From NCBI RefSeq assembly GCF_020745735.1, contig NC_083416.1, positions 69,837,131-69,901,130 on the forward strand: a stretch of DNA of 64,000 nucleotides, written 5' to 3'. Below are positions 63,472 through 64,000 of this stretch, in pieces; position 1 is the first letter of the stretch; each line of letters opens with the position of its first letter. A program made the position numbers and the translations under genes. Below the pieces are notes generated by a model. The model did not search any database. It had not been told where the DNA came from and saw nothing but the letters and a program-made list of their open reading frames with translations. This DNA comes from Hemiscyllium ocellatum. Its lineage: Eukaryota.

Positions 63472-64000
63472 TCATAGGGTCTTAGAGTTATACAGCATGG
63501 AAACAGACCCTTCAGTTCAACTTGTCCATGCTGACCAGATCTAGTCTGGCCTTGACCAGCATTTCACTAAAATCACTCTAAACTTTTTCTGTTTGTGTAC
63601 CCATCCAGATGCCTTTTAAATGCTGTAATTATATTCACCTCTACCACTGGCAGCTCATTTCATACATGCACCATTCTCTGCGTGAAAAAGTTGCCTCTCA
63701 GGTCACTTTTAAACCTTTCCCCTCTCACCTTTAACCAATGCTCTCTAGTTTTGGGCTCCCCATCCCTGGGAAAAAGATGTTGGCTATTCACTCTATCCAT
63801 GCCCCTCATGATTTCATAAACCTTTTTAAGTTCACCCCTCAGCCTCCGATGCTCCAGGGAAAATATCACCAGCCTATTCAGCCCCTACCTATATCTTAAA
63901 CACTCCAATCTCAGCAACATCCTTGAAATTTGTTTCTGAACCCTTTCAAGTTTAACATCATTCCTGTAGCAGGGAGACCAGAATTGAATGCAGTATTCTA
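63472..64000 (-). mobile_element. HER1/CR1 LINE 3' end running off the window
   Basis: FSLEHRRLRGEL..VY.IMRG.DRV...LFP...GERFK.DLRGNFFTQR. Confidence 0.9.

Overview
Eukaryotic, repeat-rich DNA that appears non-coding. It is almost certainly from a cartilaginous fish: HE1-type V-SINEs, HER1/CR1 LINEs and Deu-domain SINEs are present, and the Penelope-like families resemble those of carpet sharks (inference). I found no intact host gene, and nearly every ORF in the track is a retroelement relic or chance. The dominant system is Neptune-type Penelope-like retroelements (PLEs; RT plus GIY-YIG) and their short non-autonomous fold-back derivatives. These carry minimal hammerhead ribozyme (HHR) motifs in four distinct sequence families whose stems covary around the same core, and many are flanked by 11-17 bp target-site duplications (TSDs). 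Notable details are fold-back points clustered at the ribozyme, a 260-bp piece of neighbouring host DNA copied into one PLE, short re-copied segments at PLE 5' ends, and shared 5' truncation points. The rest is decayed CR1, L2, Rex1/Babar, Tx1 and RTE LINEs and SINEs, plus repeat-free islands that look like conserved non-coding elements, suggesting a large intron or gene desert. All calls were made by eye, and boundaries of old repeats are approximate.
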